This document shows, piece after piece, positions 10,734 through 20,366 of a stretch of 64,000 nt of DNA. The DNA lies in NCBI GenBank assembly GCA_052279835.1, contig CP181291.1:160001-224000 (forward strand), written 5' to 3'. Origin of the DNA: Microcoleus sp. (lineage in GTDB: Bacteria; Cyanobacteriota; Cyanobacteriia; Cyanobacteriales; Microcoleaceae). The notes under the pieces were generated by a model that saw nothing but the letters and a program-made list of their open reading frames with translations, was not told where the DNA came from and searched no databases. Numbering within the stretch: the stretch's first letter is position 1; each line of letters begins with the position of its first letter. Both the position numbers and the translations under genes were made by a program.

Positions 10734-10980
10734 CCAAGCCCGCCCTCTATGGGATTTGATTCTCCAGCGATCGAACAGGAGAATCAGGTATGATTTTTCG
10801 TTCTGACTTGGGGCTGCTGCGATCGCGTCACAGCCCATAATTACCGAGTTTAAATCTCTCAATATTTCAGTATAAATACTTAGAATTAAAGAGTTGATAA
10901 AGGTAATATATATTACCTATATTTAATGCCATGATCTAATTGTGGATTGAATTTATACCTGTGATTTTAGCAAGAAAAAT

Positions 10981-11850
10981 ATGCTCAGCCCTCATAGAAT
11001 TGCTGCCTTAACTGCTACCTTCACCGCTGCTGCTTTCAGCTTGTTGACCGCACCCGCGATGGCATTTTCTGTAGGTGCAACCAATAATACCGAAACTTTA
11101 AAAAACCAGTTGTTAGGAACTCAGACAGCGGGATTGAGTAATTTCTCTGTGTCAGTGACTGGAAATAGTGCTGCTTTTGGTACTTTTACAAATGACCCCT
11201 TCGGTTTGCACTCAGGTGTTGTTCTCAGCACTGGTAGAGTAGCTGACATAGCCGGCAGGAATAAAAAAGATAATCTCTTCTTCAATGGCACTGATTTAAA
11301 CACTGACTTTGGCCCCAATGGTGAAGCTGGAGATTTAACTCAGCTCAACCTCAGTTTTTTTGCTGACTCTACCGCCGAAAAGTTGTTCTTTGAGTATGTA
11401 TTTGGTTCCGAGGAGTTTCCTGAGTTTGGTGGTTCTCCATTTAATGACGATTTTGAACTACTGTTGAATGGCAATAATTTGGCCAAGTTGAGCGACGGCA
11501 AAGCCGTTACCATTAATAATCTGGTTCCCGAGCTAAATAATCGCTCTCAAGATCACTCCGACTATATCAATAATCCAGTCGTGACAGGCCTGGCTGCTAA
11601 TATTATTAAGCTGGATGGCTTTACTAAAATTTTAGGTTTTGAGGGTTTCCTCAATAAAAATCAGACGAATGTTCTCAGCATCCGCATTAAAGATGTGGGG
11701 GATGGTAATTTAGATTCTGCTGTATTTATTAAAGGCGGTTCTTTGGCCACCCAAAAAGCCGAGCCGGTTCCCGAACCTATGACTCTGGGGGGTTTGATAG
11801 CCGGAGTTGCGATGCTTGCCACAGGCAGAAAATTGCGCGCTAGACTCTAG
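10981..11850 (+). CDS. PEP-CTERM protein with choice-of-anchor L-like domain
   Basis: Signal peptide, YVFGSEEFPEF and DSAVF motifs, C-terminal VPEP + TM + basic tail. Confidence 0.85.
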   Translation: MLSPHRIAALTATFTAAAFSLLTAPAMAFSVGATNNTETLKNQLLGTQTAGLSNFSVSVTGNSAAFGTFTNDPFGLHSGVVLSTGRVADIAGRNKKDNLFFNGTDLNTDFGPNGEAGDLTQLNLSFFADSTAEKLFFEYVFGSEEFPEFGGSPFNDDFELLLNGNNLAKLSDGKAVTINNLVPELNNRSQDHSDYINNPVVTGLAANIIKLDGFTKILGFEGFLNKNQTNVLSIRIKDVGDGNLDSAVFIKGGSLATQKAEPVPEPMTLGGLIAGVAMLATGRKLRARL

Positions 11851-11967
11851 GAATGTCCTGTAGGGGCATGGGGTATGGGGGATGGAGTATGGGGCATTAG
11901 TCCTGATGCCACAACGAACAACCCAAAAATCACAAATAACGAATAACTGATAACTAATCAACACTGA

Positions 11968-12894
11968 TTAACTGTGAACAGTACCATCGGGTAATATAGT
12001 TCCCGATAATCGGGCTCCGGTAAGTTTTACCATTACTCGATCGCCATAACCGATTTTAGCTCCTGTTAAATCTGCACCACTCAAGTCAGCGCCACTCAAA
12101 TCAGCTCCGATTAAGTTAGTTTCTCTCAAGTTGGCATTGATTAAACAAGCTCCTAACAGGTTCGCTCTGAACAAATTGGCCTTATGCAAATTTGCGCCTG
12201 TGAGGTTAACGTTATGTAGAAAAGCATCGCTTAAGTCGGCTTGACTCAAGTTAGAATTGCTCAAGTTTCTGCCGGCAAAATCCTTTTCTTTTAAGGAAGC
12301 TCCTTTGAAGTTGGAACCGCTTAAATCGGGACTTTGTGGGGTAGCGGGGCGGTAAGATGAGGATGAGGGTGAGGATGAGGATGATTGGTAACGGGGGGTA
12401 GTTGAATAGGGCCCTGAAGGATTTGCAGAAGAGTTTCCAGCATATTTTCCAGGATAAGCCTCAGAAGAATAACGGGTTTCTTTTGGGCTTGCCGGTGGTG
12501 GCTGAGTATTTTGGTATGGAGATTTTTGGTATGTAGAGTTTCTATACTGAGAGCTTTGGTACTGAGAGCTTTGGTACTGGGTGCTTCTGTGCTGGGTGTT
12601 TTGGTGCTGAGAGCTTTGGTGCTGGGTGTTTTGGTACTGAGAGCTTTGGTGCTGGGTGTTTTTGTGTTGAGAGCTTTGGTGCTGAGCCCTCGGCTGAATC
12701 GATCGCAATTTTTCGCGAGCTTGATTAATTTCCTTAATCTTTGCTTCAGCTTTTTCTAGCAATCTGGGCCGATCTTTGGGAATGCGATCGGGGTGCCAAA
12801 TGAACGCTAAATCCTTGTAGGCTTGGGTAATTTCTTCAGGAGTTGCTCCCGGCAATATTTCGAGCACTCTATAGTATTGGTCGAGGTCGTTCAT
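11968..12894 (-). CDS. J-domain + pentapeptide repeat protein
   Basis: N-terminal J domain with WHPD, a Q/S-rich repeat linker, and C-terminal pentapeptide repeats. Confidence 0.9.
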   Translation of the reverse strand: MNDLDQYYRVLEILPGATPEEITQAYKDLAFIWHPDRIPKDRPRLLEKAEAKIKEINQAREKLRSIQPRAQHQSSQHKNTQHQSSQYQNTQHQSSQHQNTQHRSTQYQSSQYQSSQYRNSTYQKSPYQNTQPPPASPKETRYSSEAYPGKYAGNSSANPSGPYSTTPRYQSSSSSPSSSSYRPATPQSPDLSGSNFKGASLKEKDFAGRNLSNSNLSQADLSDAFLHNVNLTGANLHKANLFRANLLGACLINANLRETNLIGADLSGADLSGADLTGAKIGYGDRVMVKLTGARLSGTILPDGTVHS

Positions 12895-13002
12895 TTTACC
12901 ACCTTTCGCTTTCAGAAATTAGGAATTAAAAATTAAGATCGGAGTAAAGGCGGCTCTCAAAGCTGGCTTCCCCGATCGTACATTAGATGAACATTAACTC
13001 AG

Positions 13003-13851
13003 TTATGCCGCTGCTGGCAAAAAATCCCGGATTCGCTGCAAATATGTTGTGGCATCCTCCAGCATCGGAAAGTGAGATGTATTTGGGATTATAACAAATT
13101 CTACTTGGTCGCTGAGGGAAGCGGCTTGTTTGCCCATGATTGCCGGAATAATTTGATCGAATTCTCCAGCTACCAGCAGTGTGGGAACACTTAGGCGCGC
13201 AAATTCTTGGGGCATTTCCTCCGCAGCTTTTTTGCTCACTGCTGTCACCATTGTACCTATAGCCGCTTCCTCATCAGCCATTAAGAAATCCTTTAGAAAT
13301 GCCAAACTGACCTCTGTCGGTAGAGAGCGGTGCAAAAACCGTGCCATAAATAGGCGATCGACAAACGGAATAGCAGCCAACCAAGGTGGCCGGAATTTAA
13401 CCACATAGCCACCGAATTTGTGAAAAGTTGTAAAGGCTTTTTCGTCGTATTCAAAAATGCCACTGCAAGTCAGAATCGCTTTTTCTACTTTTTCAGGATA
13501 GAGGTTAAGGAATAAAGTAGCGATCGATGCACCTGTGGAATGAGCATTGAGATAGACGCGAGTTAACTTCAAAGCTGCTAGTAATTGTGCCAATTCATGG
13601 GCATAGGTTTCGAGTTCGTAGCTAGACTCAGGAGGATTTTTGGGCAGTGGAGAACGTCCAAAACCTCTCATGTCGTAAAGCAAACAGTCAAACTCACCAG
13701 CAATAGCCCGCGCCGTGCTTTCCCAGTAGCGAGCCGAGCCTGCCCATCCGTGCAAAAATACCATCACAGGTTTGCCGCTGGGTTGGGCGCTTCCGTCTGC
13801 TGTTATCCACTCGTAATAGTGTTCTACACCGCCAATTGAAATAAAAGCCAT
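13003..13851 (-). CDS. Alpha/beta hydrolase
   Basis: FLHGWAGS, YDMRGFGRS, AHSTG nucleophile elbow, SHFPMLE. Confidence 0.9.
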   Translation of the reverse strand: MAFISIGGVEHYYEWITADGSAQPSGKPVMVFLHGWAGSARYWESTARAIAGEFDCLLYDMRGFGRSPLPKNPPESSYELETYAHELAQLLAALKLTRVYLNAHSTGASIATLFLNLYPEKVEKAILTCSGIFEYDEKAFTTFHKFGGYVVKFRPPWLAAIPFVDRLFMARFLHRSLPTEVSLAFLKDFLMADEEAAIGTMVTAVSKKAAEEMPQEFARLSVPTLLVAGEFDQIIPAIMGKQAASLSDQVEFVIIPNTSHFPMLEDATTYLQRIRDFLPAAA

Positions 13852-13899
13852 GATCTAGATTTTAGATGTTAGATGTTAGATGTTAGATTTTAACTCATA

Positions 13900-14119
13900 A
13901 CTGGTTCCCAGGCTCTGCCTGGGAAACAATATCTAGAGGCTCTGCCTCGTTTCCGAAAATCTGAAAAAACTGCCTGGTTTCCGAACAAAAATTGGAGGCA
14001 GAGCCTCCGGATCTGCGTTTCCAGGCAGAGCATGGAAACGAGTAAAACTGCCTCGTTTCCGAACAAAATTGGAGGCAGAGCCTCCGGATCTGCGTTTCCA
14101 GGCAGAGCATGGAAACGAG
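13900..14119. repeat. REP-like composite palindromic repeat with a ~78-bp tandem duplication
   Basis: GTTCCCAGGCTCTGCCTGGGAA hairpin, then the unit AAAACTGCCT...GGAGGCAGAGCCTCC...TTTCCAGGCAGAGCATGGAAACGAG present twice. Confidence 0.8.
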
Positions 14120-14138
14120 TGGAAAGAAATCATAAGTC

Positions 14139-14867
14139 TTAAGCAGCGGATGCAGCTAGCCAAAATAAGCCATCTACTAAAAGCGTGCTCAAAACTGCTC
14201 CACTGAATGCCCGCCAGTGCAAAGTGCGATCGCGCAAACTCACCAAACCCACACTTAAAAGCACAGCAATTAAAACCAGAGCCCAACCTATGCCCCAAGG
14301 AGTTTCAATTTGTCCGATCGCACTTTGAAAAATCGGCATCGCCAATTCCGGTTCCGCGTGCATGACTTGCCGCCAGTAGGGCATCAAACCAGTTAAGTAA
14401 AAATATAAATCAGTAATAGCAGTGCCAAATAGCGAACCTAAATAAAAATACGCTCCCACTTTTCCCCAAGATTTGCCCAAGCACCAAATCGCAAACGGCA
14501 AGCCAATTGCTTCTATAGGTAGATGTAAAATTGGTTCCCATCTAAACCAGCCCCAATAGATCGAACCTGCCAGCCAACATCCGGCAAATCCCAACAATAA
14601 GTCTCCCCAAAGTTGGGTTTTCGGGCGAAAAATGAAAATCAAACTAAGCACGAACCACGGGATAGTTGAGAGCAAACTGATGGTTGGATACAAACGCACT
14701 AATGGTGCTTGGACAAAAACTGGAATTGATACTAAAAAAGCTGAGGCACCAAATATCAACCACTGCTGGAGGCTATTTCTTTTGTCTGAAGAAGATACAG
14801 GATTTTCCAGGGGCGTGAGATTGAAAATAGGCGCGATCGCTGAGGATAATAAATTAAAGTTAAACAA
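14139..14867 (-). CDS. DUF3120 family membrane protein
   Basis: LVSIPVFVQAPLVR, WEPILHLPIEA, GTAITDLYF. Confidence 0.85.
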   Translation of the reverse strand: MFNFNLLSSAIAPIFNLTPLENPVSSSDKRNSLQQWLIFGASAFLVSIPVFVQAPLVRLYPTISLLSTIPWFVLSLIFIFRPKTQLWGDLLLGFAGCWLAGSIYWGWFRWEPILHLPIEAIGLPFAIWCLGKSWGKVGAYFYLGSLFGTAITDLYFYLTGLMPYWRQVMHAEPELAMPIFQSAIGQIETPWGIGWALVLIAVLLSVGLVSLRDRTLHWRAFSGAVLSTLLVDGLFWLAASAA

Positions 14868-14871
14868 CTGA

Positions 14872-15447
14872 TTAGACTCCGTAAAGTTTCAATAAGTGAA
14901 CTAAAAATGTTGCTGCGGTGGCGGGTTTAAAAGTTTCCCTACCCCCCAAGGCTGTGTGACTGGTTTCCCAGCCTTGGGCGGTTTGGGGTTGGCGCCACAA
15001 ATCCAAATGGGCGATGGGTGGATCGGCATAAAAACTATCTCCACCGCCACCGAGAATAGCCGAACTCCAGTGTGTAAAGCGATCGTGGCTGATGCGGTGG
15101 ATGGGAAAAGTGCCCCCTAGGGGTACTCCCCAACCGTCTACAGCAATGAAGGCTGCGACTTTGCCACCGATTTGTTGCCACATCCACGCCGCCCCGATCG
15201 CCCCAACTACCCCAGCCGAAAAGCTGACAAATACTAGACTTTCTCCAGCTAACTCCTCCCTGCACAAAAAGTGGAATATGTCAATAGCCGAGAAAGGTGG
15301 ATGTTTATGAGCAGGAAAAATCTTGACAGGGTAGAATGTTTGGGTATTTTGCCTGGGTTGTGCATCTCCCCAAACCTCTGAAATTCCCGCCAGGAAAGCA
15401 TCAGTCAGTTTTGGGTCGTGAATTCCGGGGCAAATTACCAGTCTCAT
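14872..15447 (-). CDS. Conserved cyanobacterial alpha/beta-fold hypothetical protein
   Basis: ICPGIH, SFSAGVVGA, DGWGVPL, SHDRFTHWS. Confidence 0.75.
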   Translation of the reverse strand: MRLVICPGIHDPKLTDAFLAGISEVWGDAQPRQNTQTFYPVKIFPAHKHPPFSAIDIFHFLCREELAGESLVFVSFSAGVVGAIGAAWMWQQIGGKVAAFIAVDGWGVPLGGTFPIHRISHDRFTHWSSAILGGGGDSFYADPPIAHLDLWRQPQTAQGWETSHTALGGRETFKPATAATFLVHLLKLYGV

Positions 15448-15718
15448 CTTGCTTCAAGAAAATTAATTATGAGCTTAACATAACTTTACTTTATTGTATA
15501 GCTTAATTAATTATATGCCATGCAGGGGGATAGGATGTTAAACTGATAACAGAGTTTTGTTTGAAGGGTATCCCCCCAAAATAAACGCGGGGAACGCTCC
15601 GAGACAGCGAAAGCAGAGGCAAAGTCAGGAAGTCTTAAGAAAACATAAAACTTAACGATCCTTCAGACCCTGCGGCGTATTCTATTGCCTTTCCTATCAG
15701 ATTCCGATCCCCCCCTGC

Positions 15719-15859
15719 GGGCGGGCACGGGGGCACCGCCCCTACAAAGGCAGGGCTGTTTCATTCTTTGTAGGGGCAAACCCCCCGTGGTTGCCCTGAT
15801 GGCCCAAACACGCATTCGATGGTTGGTGGTGGGGTAGGCACGGGGGCACTACCCCTACA
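15719..15859. repeat. GTAG-type REP cluster
   Basis: GGGCACGGGGGCACCGCCCCTACA, inverted TGTAGGGGCAAACCCCCCGTGGTTGCCC, and a third copy GGCACGGGGGCACTACCCCTACA. Confidence 0.8.
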
Positions 15860-15905
15860 AAACCCTCGTTCGACTCTGAAAATTATTCAAATTGAGGAAT
15901 ACAAA

Positions 15906-17141
15906 GTGGTTGCTTCTCCCGAAAAAATTGAGTTCAAAACATCTGGTGCACCTGAAAACAGCGATCGCGTAGCTGTCTTGCTGATGGGTTACGGCGAAGT
16001 CGAAAGCTACGATGATTTTGCCAACTACAACGAGCAAGCTTTAAACTTACTTACGGCAAAGTTTGCACCGGTACCGACTTGGATCTATCCACCGCTGGCG
16101 AAGATTTTAGCGATTTTCGACTTGCATGAGTGGAGTCATCAACACGGTCAATTCGTGTCGCCGCACAATGCAATTTTTGAACAGCAGCGCGCTGGGATCG
16201 AAAAGAATTTGCAGGAAAAATGGGGCGACAAAGTAAAAGTGTTCAAAGCTTTTAACTTTTGCGCGCCCTTTTTGCCCGAACAAGTAATTCCGCAAATTAA
16301 GGCTGAAGGATTTGATAAAATTCTGATTTATCCGCTGTTGGTTGTTGATTCTGTTTTCACTAGCGGGATTGCGGTGGAACAGGTGAACAATGCTTTAGCA
16401 CAAACCTTTGATGGCAAAGAACATTGGGTAAAAGGACAGCGCTACATTCCTTCTTTTTACGATGAACCTGCCTACATTAAGTTAATGGCGGATTTGGTGG
16501 AAGAGGAAATTAAGAATGATTTAGCAGTAGCACATTTGCCTTCTCAGATTGGGATCGTGCTCATGAATCACGGTTGTCCGCACAAGGCGAAGGGCTTTAC
16601 TTCGGGGATTGTGGAAAGTCAAGCTTTGTACGATCGCGTGCGGGAACGTTTGATGTATCGCTATCCTTTGATTTCGGTGGGCTGGCTGAATCATGACACC
16701 CCGCTGATTGAATGGACTCAGCCGGATGCGACGTTAGCTGCGAAGAATTTGATTGATTTGGGTGCAACTGCGATCGTATTTATGCCGATCGGATTTGCGA
16801 CAGAAAACCATGAAACATTGTTAGATGTAGATCATGTGATTGAGTCTTTGCAGAAGCAACGTCAGGGAGTTACTTACCGGAAATTGCCTTGCGTGAATGA
16901 CCATCCTGAGTTCCTGAAAATGGCGGCAGAGTGGGCAAATCCGCAGATTGAAGCGTTGTTGAGTGAAACTGCTGTGGCGGTGAATCCGAATTTAGTTGTC
17001 CGGGATCACGTACATTCTCATGGGGATCACGGGCATTCTCATGGAGATCATGGTCATTCTCATGGCGGACATTCTCATGGGGATCACGGTCATTCTCACG
17101 GGCACGGGCACTCTCATGGCGGGCACGGTCACAGTCATTAA
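15906..17141 (+). CDS. Ferrochelatase-fold (HemH-like) chelatase paralogue with His-rich tail
   Basis: VLLMGYG, NHG, GFATENHETL and PCVNDHP motifs. GTG start follows GAGGAA. Tail is (HGDHGHS)n. Confidence 0.8.
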   Translation: MVASPEKIEFKTSGAPENSDRVAVLLMGYGEVESYDDFANYNEQALNLLTAKFAPVPTWIYPPLAKILAIFDLHEWSHQHGQFVSPHNAIFEQQRAGIEKNLQEKWGDKVKVFKAFNFCAPFLPEQVIPQIKAEGFDKILIYPLLVVDSVFTSGIAVEQVNNALAQTFDGKEHWVKGQRYIPSFYDEPAYIKLMADLVEEEIKNDLAVAHLPSQIGIVLMNHGCPHKAKGFTSGIVESQALYDRVRERLMYRYPLISVGWLNHDTPLIEWTQPDATLAAKNLIDLGATAIVFMPIGFATENHETLLDVDHVIESLQKQRQGVTYRKLPCVNDHPEFLKMAAEWANPQIEALLSETAVAVNPNLVVRDHVHSHGDHGHSHGDHGHSHGGHSHGDHGHSHGHGHSHGGHGHSH

Positions 17142-17151
17142 TTAGAATCTT

Positions 17152-17295
17152 AGAAACCGGGTTTTTGCGACAATACTGCGTTGAAGACGACAGATTGAGT
17201 AAAAACCCGGTTTCTTTTGTGGGAGTGGGTAAGATTTACTCGGCGGTTGAAACCGCGTCTACACGAACGAAGTCCGGATGGTGCGCGGACTAAGA
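17152..17295. repeat. Dispersed repeats: AGAAACCGGGTTTTT...AAAAACCCGGTTTCT family plus GGCGGTTGAAACCGC family
   Basis: First family also at about 20273-20357, 37288-37380 and 40733-40820. Second family inverted at about 42148-42197. Confidence 0.8.
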
Positions 17296-17370
17296 AATTT
17301 AACCCAGATTTGGTATAAGTTGAGATTGATTTAGGTGAAAAGGGCGATCGGCTTATCTACCTGACAATTG

Positions 17371-17823
17371 CTATCTGCAATTATTTCGGCTATGGGAGGG
17401 AGACGTAGTTACAATCTGACCCTCCCCAATTGAGATACTTTTCAGATTACGAGATTTCATTGCTGCAACCAGTCGATCTGCCTTTGAACGGTTATAGAAT
17501 GAAGCAACTTGAATCAGGTTAAGTGAGGAATCATAAAAAGCATTACAACAGAAAGATTGGCGAATTATTTTTAAATTTTCTTTGGTATAAGCAATATAAA
17601 CAGGATACCAAGTATTAGTGCCACCAGACGTTTTATCTCCGCAATAACTCAGGGAATAATTCAAAGAATGAGTTTGAGTAGTCTTTTTCTGGCGAATAAT
17701 CTGCTGAGGTGGCTGACCATAATACCAACCTAAATATAATATACAAGCTCCCCCTATTCCTGTCATCAACCAAAGGAATTGGGGGTAAGACATACCTGAT
17801 ATTGAATTTTTGTACCTTTTCAT
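17371..17823 (-). CDS. Hypothetical membrane-anchored protein
   Basis: N-terminal TM, Cys-containing domain, IQVASFYNRSKA segment reminiscent of SPOR domains. Confidence 0.6.
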   Translation of the reverse strand: MKRYKNSISGMSYPQFLWLMTGIGGACILYLGWYYGQPPQQIIRQKKTTQTHSLNYSLSYCGDKTSGGTNTWYPVYIAYTKENLKIIRQSFCCNAFYDSSLNLIQVASFYNRSKADRLVAAMKSRNLKSISIGEGQIVTTSPSHSRNNCR

Positions 17824-17881
17824 ATCTATACTTGCTAAACCTAGCTTGCTTATTAGGGTAAGCTATACCCCTGTATGCAAA

Positions 17882-17920
17882 AACCTAAGAGGATTGCTAT
17901 ATCTTGCAATCCTCTTAGGT
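17882..17920. terminator. Intrinsic terminator-like hairpin
   Basis: ACCTAAGAGGATTGC...GCAATCCTCTTAGGT, a 15-bp stem between ORFs. Confidence 0.6.
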
Positions 17921-17987
17921 CTAGTTAAAAAGTCATTGAGGACTGTTATAAATAACTAAAAAAGATGAAAAAGAGTTGACTTACAAC

Positions 17988-18206
17988 TTAACGTTGAGAT
18001 TTGTCATATTCATCCCAAGCTTTAAAGTTAGCACTTATGATACGACTCTCAATCCTTTGATTGGTAATGATAGTTTTCAGAGACTCCTGTAATCCAACTA
18101 TTTCACCTACAAGTCGAATAGCAGGATTGCTATAATTTTGGATTTCGCCTTTGTTATTTTTGGATAAAGCGCTGCTGGAATTGAGATCGGAGGAGTTGTG
18201 TGTCAT
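17988..18206 (-). CDS. Hypothetical protein
   Basis: 72-aa ORF with AGGA upstream, co-oriented with its neighbours. Confidence 0.45.
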   Translation of the reverse strand: MTHNSSDLNSSSALSKNNKGEIQNYSNPAIRLVGEIVGLQESLKTIITNQRIESRIISANFKAWDEYDKSQR

Positions 18207-18278
18207 GGTGTTTTTCCTAATTTGGACTAAAGTTTTGATTCGCGAATGTCGGAAAAGTTAAGTTTACAATATGTAAAC

Positions 18279-18680
18279 TTAACATTCTTTAAACATTTCC
18301 TTCATATTGTCTAGTAGTGCTTGTTTGGCGGGTTGTTTAACTTCTTCTGGATAATTACTATTTACTAGCCGATCGATGTCACCTCCAAATTTTTGATACA
18401 CATCTCGAATCCTTTCTCTTTTTCCATCAGCACGACGGCTATTGACACCAGTTTTCATCTCTTGTGCAAAGTCTGAATAAGCAAAGCGGATATCTCGCAC
18501 TCCACGCCCAATAACAATTACCAATCCTGTAACAGGAACGAATAGTGCGCTGCCAATAAAGCCAAGAGCTATGTCTCTTTCAATATTGCTAGGTATTATT
18601 GCCCTTCCACTCTCATTTTCATAACGTACAGGAACGGATTTTCCATTTATCCAAACTTGCTCGTTTCCTTGATGATTCAT
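18279..18680 (-). CDS. Hypothetical protein with one TM segment
   Basis: ATG at 18680 preceded by GAGGA. Central hydrophobic stretch IALGFIGSALFVPVTGLVIVIG. Confidence 0.55.
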   Translation of the reverse strand: MNHQGNEQVWINGKSVPVRYENESGRAIIPSNIERDIALGFIGSALFVPVTGLVIVIGRGVRDIRFAYSDFAQEMKTGVNSRRADGKRERIRDVYQKFGGDIDRLVNSNYPEEVKQPAKQALLDNMKEMFKEC

Positions 18681-18717
18681 ATTGTATATTTCCTCGTATT
18701 TCCTCTGTAACTGCTTT

Positions 18718-19038
18718 TTAGTTTGAATCAACAAAACTGACTAACAAAGAAATAGCAAGCACCCACACAATGATAGGAAGCAATAAACGAGGCAAAAAAA
18801 CTGATGTTATAATACCACAAATTATAACAGTCACTCTAACTGCGTGCCGAAGTTCCTGTGGAGTTGCATAGCCAAATTTACTCTTTATATAACCTTCTGA
18901 TGGCTTAACAAAGAGCCAAGGTAAAAAGAACGAATCATTCGTATTTTCGCTGATAAAACGTGCCAAGAATCGCATAAGTGCAATCGTCGGTCCCACTAAA
19001 ATTAGAATGCAGATAAAAGCTATGCAAAAATCTACCAT
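18718..19038 (-). CDS. Hypothetical membrane protein
   Basis: 106 aa, about three TM segments, starts 1 nt after the upstream stop. Confidence 0.55.
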   Translation of the reverse strand: MVDFCIAFICILILVGPTIALMRFLARFISENTNDSFFLPWLFVKPSEGYIKSKFGYATPQELRHAVRVTVIICGIITSVFLPRLLLPIIVWVLAISLLVSFVDSN

Positions 19039-19039
19039 T

Positions 19040-19433
19040 TTAATGTTTCCTGTCTGAGTGTGTTTTTTCGGAATTTTTAGACCATTTTTTAGGCAGTTTT
19101 AACAAGCCAAAGACATCAGCTATTATCCATACATTTCGTTTCTCCGATTCTTTTCTTATTTCCGCTATCCTCTTTTCAACAGATTCTTGATAATTTTCAA
19201 ACAAGGCATAAACATAGATTTCAGTTACTTCTTCTACTTGACTCGCTGGCGATTTTAGAGCATTGACAACTTCTTCACCTGTCAGTTTTGCTTCTCTGAT
19301 AATTTCTTCTATCTGTATACTAGAAGTTAGACCTTGAGCCAAAAGTTGATCTAGTCTTTGTCTAAGTTGAGTTTGATACTCATTTAGCTCTTGTCTAATC
19401 CGAGCTGTTAGTTTCTACTAGATTGGTTTCCAT
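19040..19433 (-). pseudogene. Helical hypothetical protein with an apparent 1-nt frameshift near the 5' end
   Basis: ATG 19433 gives METNLVE. Adding one A to the run at about 19412-19414 joins it to LTARIRQELNEYQTQLRQRLDQLLAQGL and the 19040-19342 ORF. Confidence 0.5.
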
Positions 19434-19618
19434 TGATTTTGTCCAAGCACTACTTTATAGGCTAACTGCTGACGTTAACTTGGGACTAATGTTATAACCG
19501 TAAAGGTGACGAGCGCATTCCGGGTAAAATGTATTATTTGTTACAATTAATCTAGTGTTCTACACCCACAGCGCTATTTACCCGTACAATCGCACTCAGC
19601 TAAACCATATTATAAGCC

Positions 19619-19677
19619 AGCCACAACCTAGCCACAACCTACTAATACCTATCCAAGACTACAAATTAAGCTATAAT
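19619..19677 (+). promoter_or_regulatory. Phased 10-12 bp repeats abutting a TATAAT -10 box
   Basis: AGCCACAACCT twice, then degenerate units. CTA at 19628, 19639, 19649, 19659, 19671. TATAAT at 19672-19677. Confidence 0.5.
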
Positions 19678-19712
19678 TCCACTAGGAAAAATTTTTATAA
19701 AGAATCACTGCA

Positions 19713-20201
19713 ATGCCCCCTACCAACGAACAGTTCAGCCAAGCTGCAAACCACTGGGACTTGGAAACACTGTACACCGATATAGCCTCCGCTAAGGGAA
19801 AGCGTCTCACACCGGTCGAAAAGCTGCACCTGCGCGGCTTGCTTTGCGGTTACAGTCCCGCTGAAGTAGCAGATAAACTCCATAAAAGCGTCAAAGGCGT
19901 TGAAAGTGAAATGTGTACTACTTTATACCCACACATTAAGAGTCTCGTTGGCAAATCCAATGAAAAAGTAGAAAACTGGAGAAATATTACTGAGTGGCTT
20001 GAGGAAGCTGGATATAAAACTCAGTTATCGGCTGAATCTCAATTCAATAATTGCGTACCTGTTGACATTATGGGAAAGATAGCTCATATAAGTATTAAGA
20101 AAAATAGAATAACAATTGAAATAGACCTGCAACTATCAGAACAATTACCTTCACAACCTCCTACAGAAGACTTAAATAACAACAACCACACTAATAACTA
20201 A
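19713..20201 (+). CDS. Helix-turn-helix protein (type found at the N-terminus of cyanobacterial STAND NTPases)
   Basis: LTPVEKLHLRGLLCGYSPAEVADKLHKS aligns by eye with the N-terminus of the 44182-45561 protein. Confidence 0.75.
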   Translation: MPPTNEQFSQAANHWDLETLYTDIASAKGKRLTPVEKLHLRGLLCGYSPAEVADKLHKSVKGVESEMCTTLYPHIKSLVGKSNEKVENWRNITEWLEEAGYKTQLSAESQFNNCVPVDIMGKIAHISIKKNRITIEIDLQLSEQLPSQPPTEDLNNNNHTNN

Positions 20202-20366
20202 GTTCTCATAAGAAATACGAAAAATGTGTAAAGCGTTCATCTACTTACATCGGGAATTGCGCACTCCGACCAAAGAAACCGGGTTTTTGGCAGTTTCTGC
20301 GACTGTAACGAAGTATTCAATGGAAAAACCCGGTTTCTGACTACCCGCGCGTAAGCCCCATAATTT

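Noticed and set aside
13933..14298. Short ORFs over repeats (also 2119-2316, 3353-3718, 27716-27973, 13895-14110)
   Set aside because: They are translations of REP/heptamer repeats or shadows of real genes.
15559..15680. Cobalamin riboswitch or 6S RNA
   Set aside because: Only short resemblances (GGGAA, AAGTCAGGA, CCTGCGGCG). The full consensus elements were not found, so it is kept only as an unclassified candidate.
15819..15905. N-terminal extension of the chelatase-like ORF
   Set aside because: It runs through a REP copy. The GTG at 15906 has a good RBS and fits the start of the domain.
17371..20201. Prophage remnant
   Set aside because: No integrase, structural or replication gene is recognisable.
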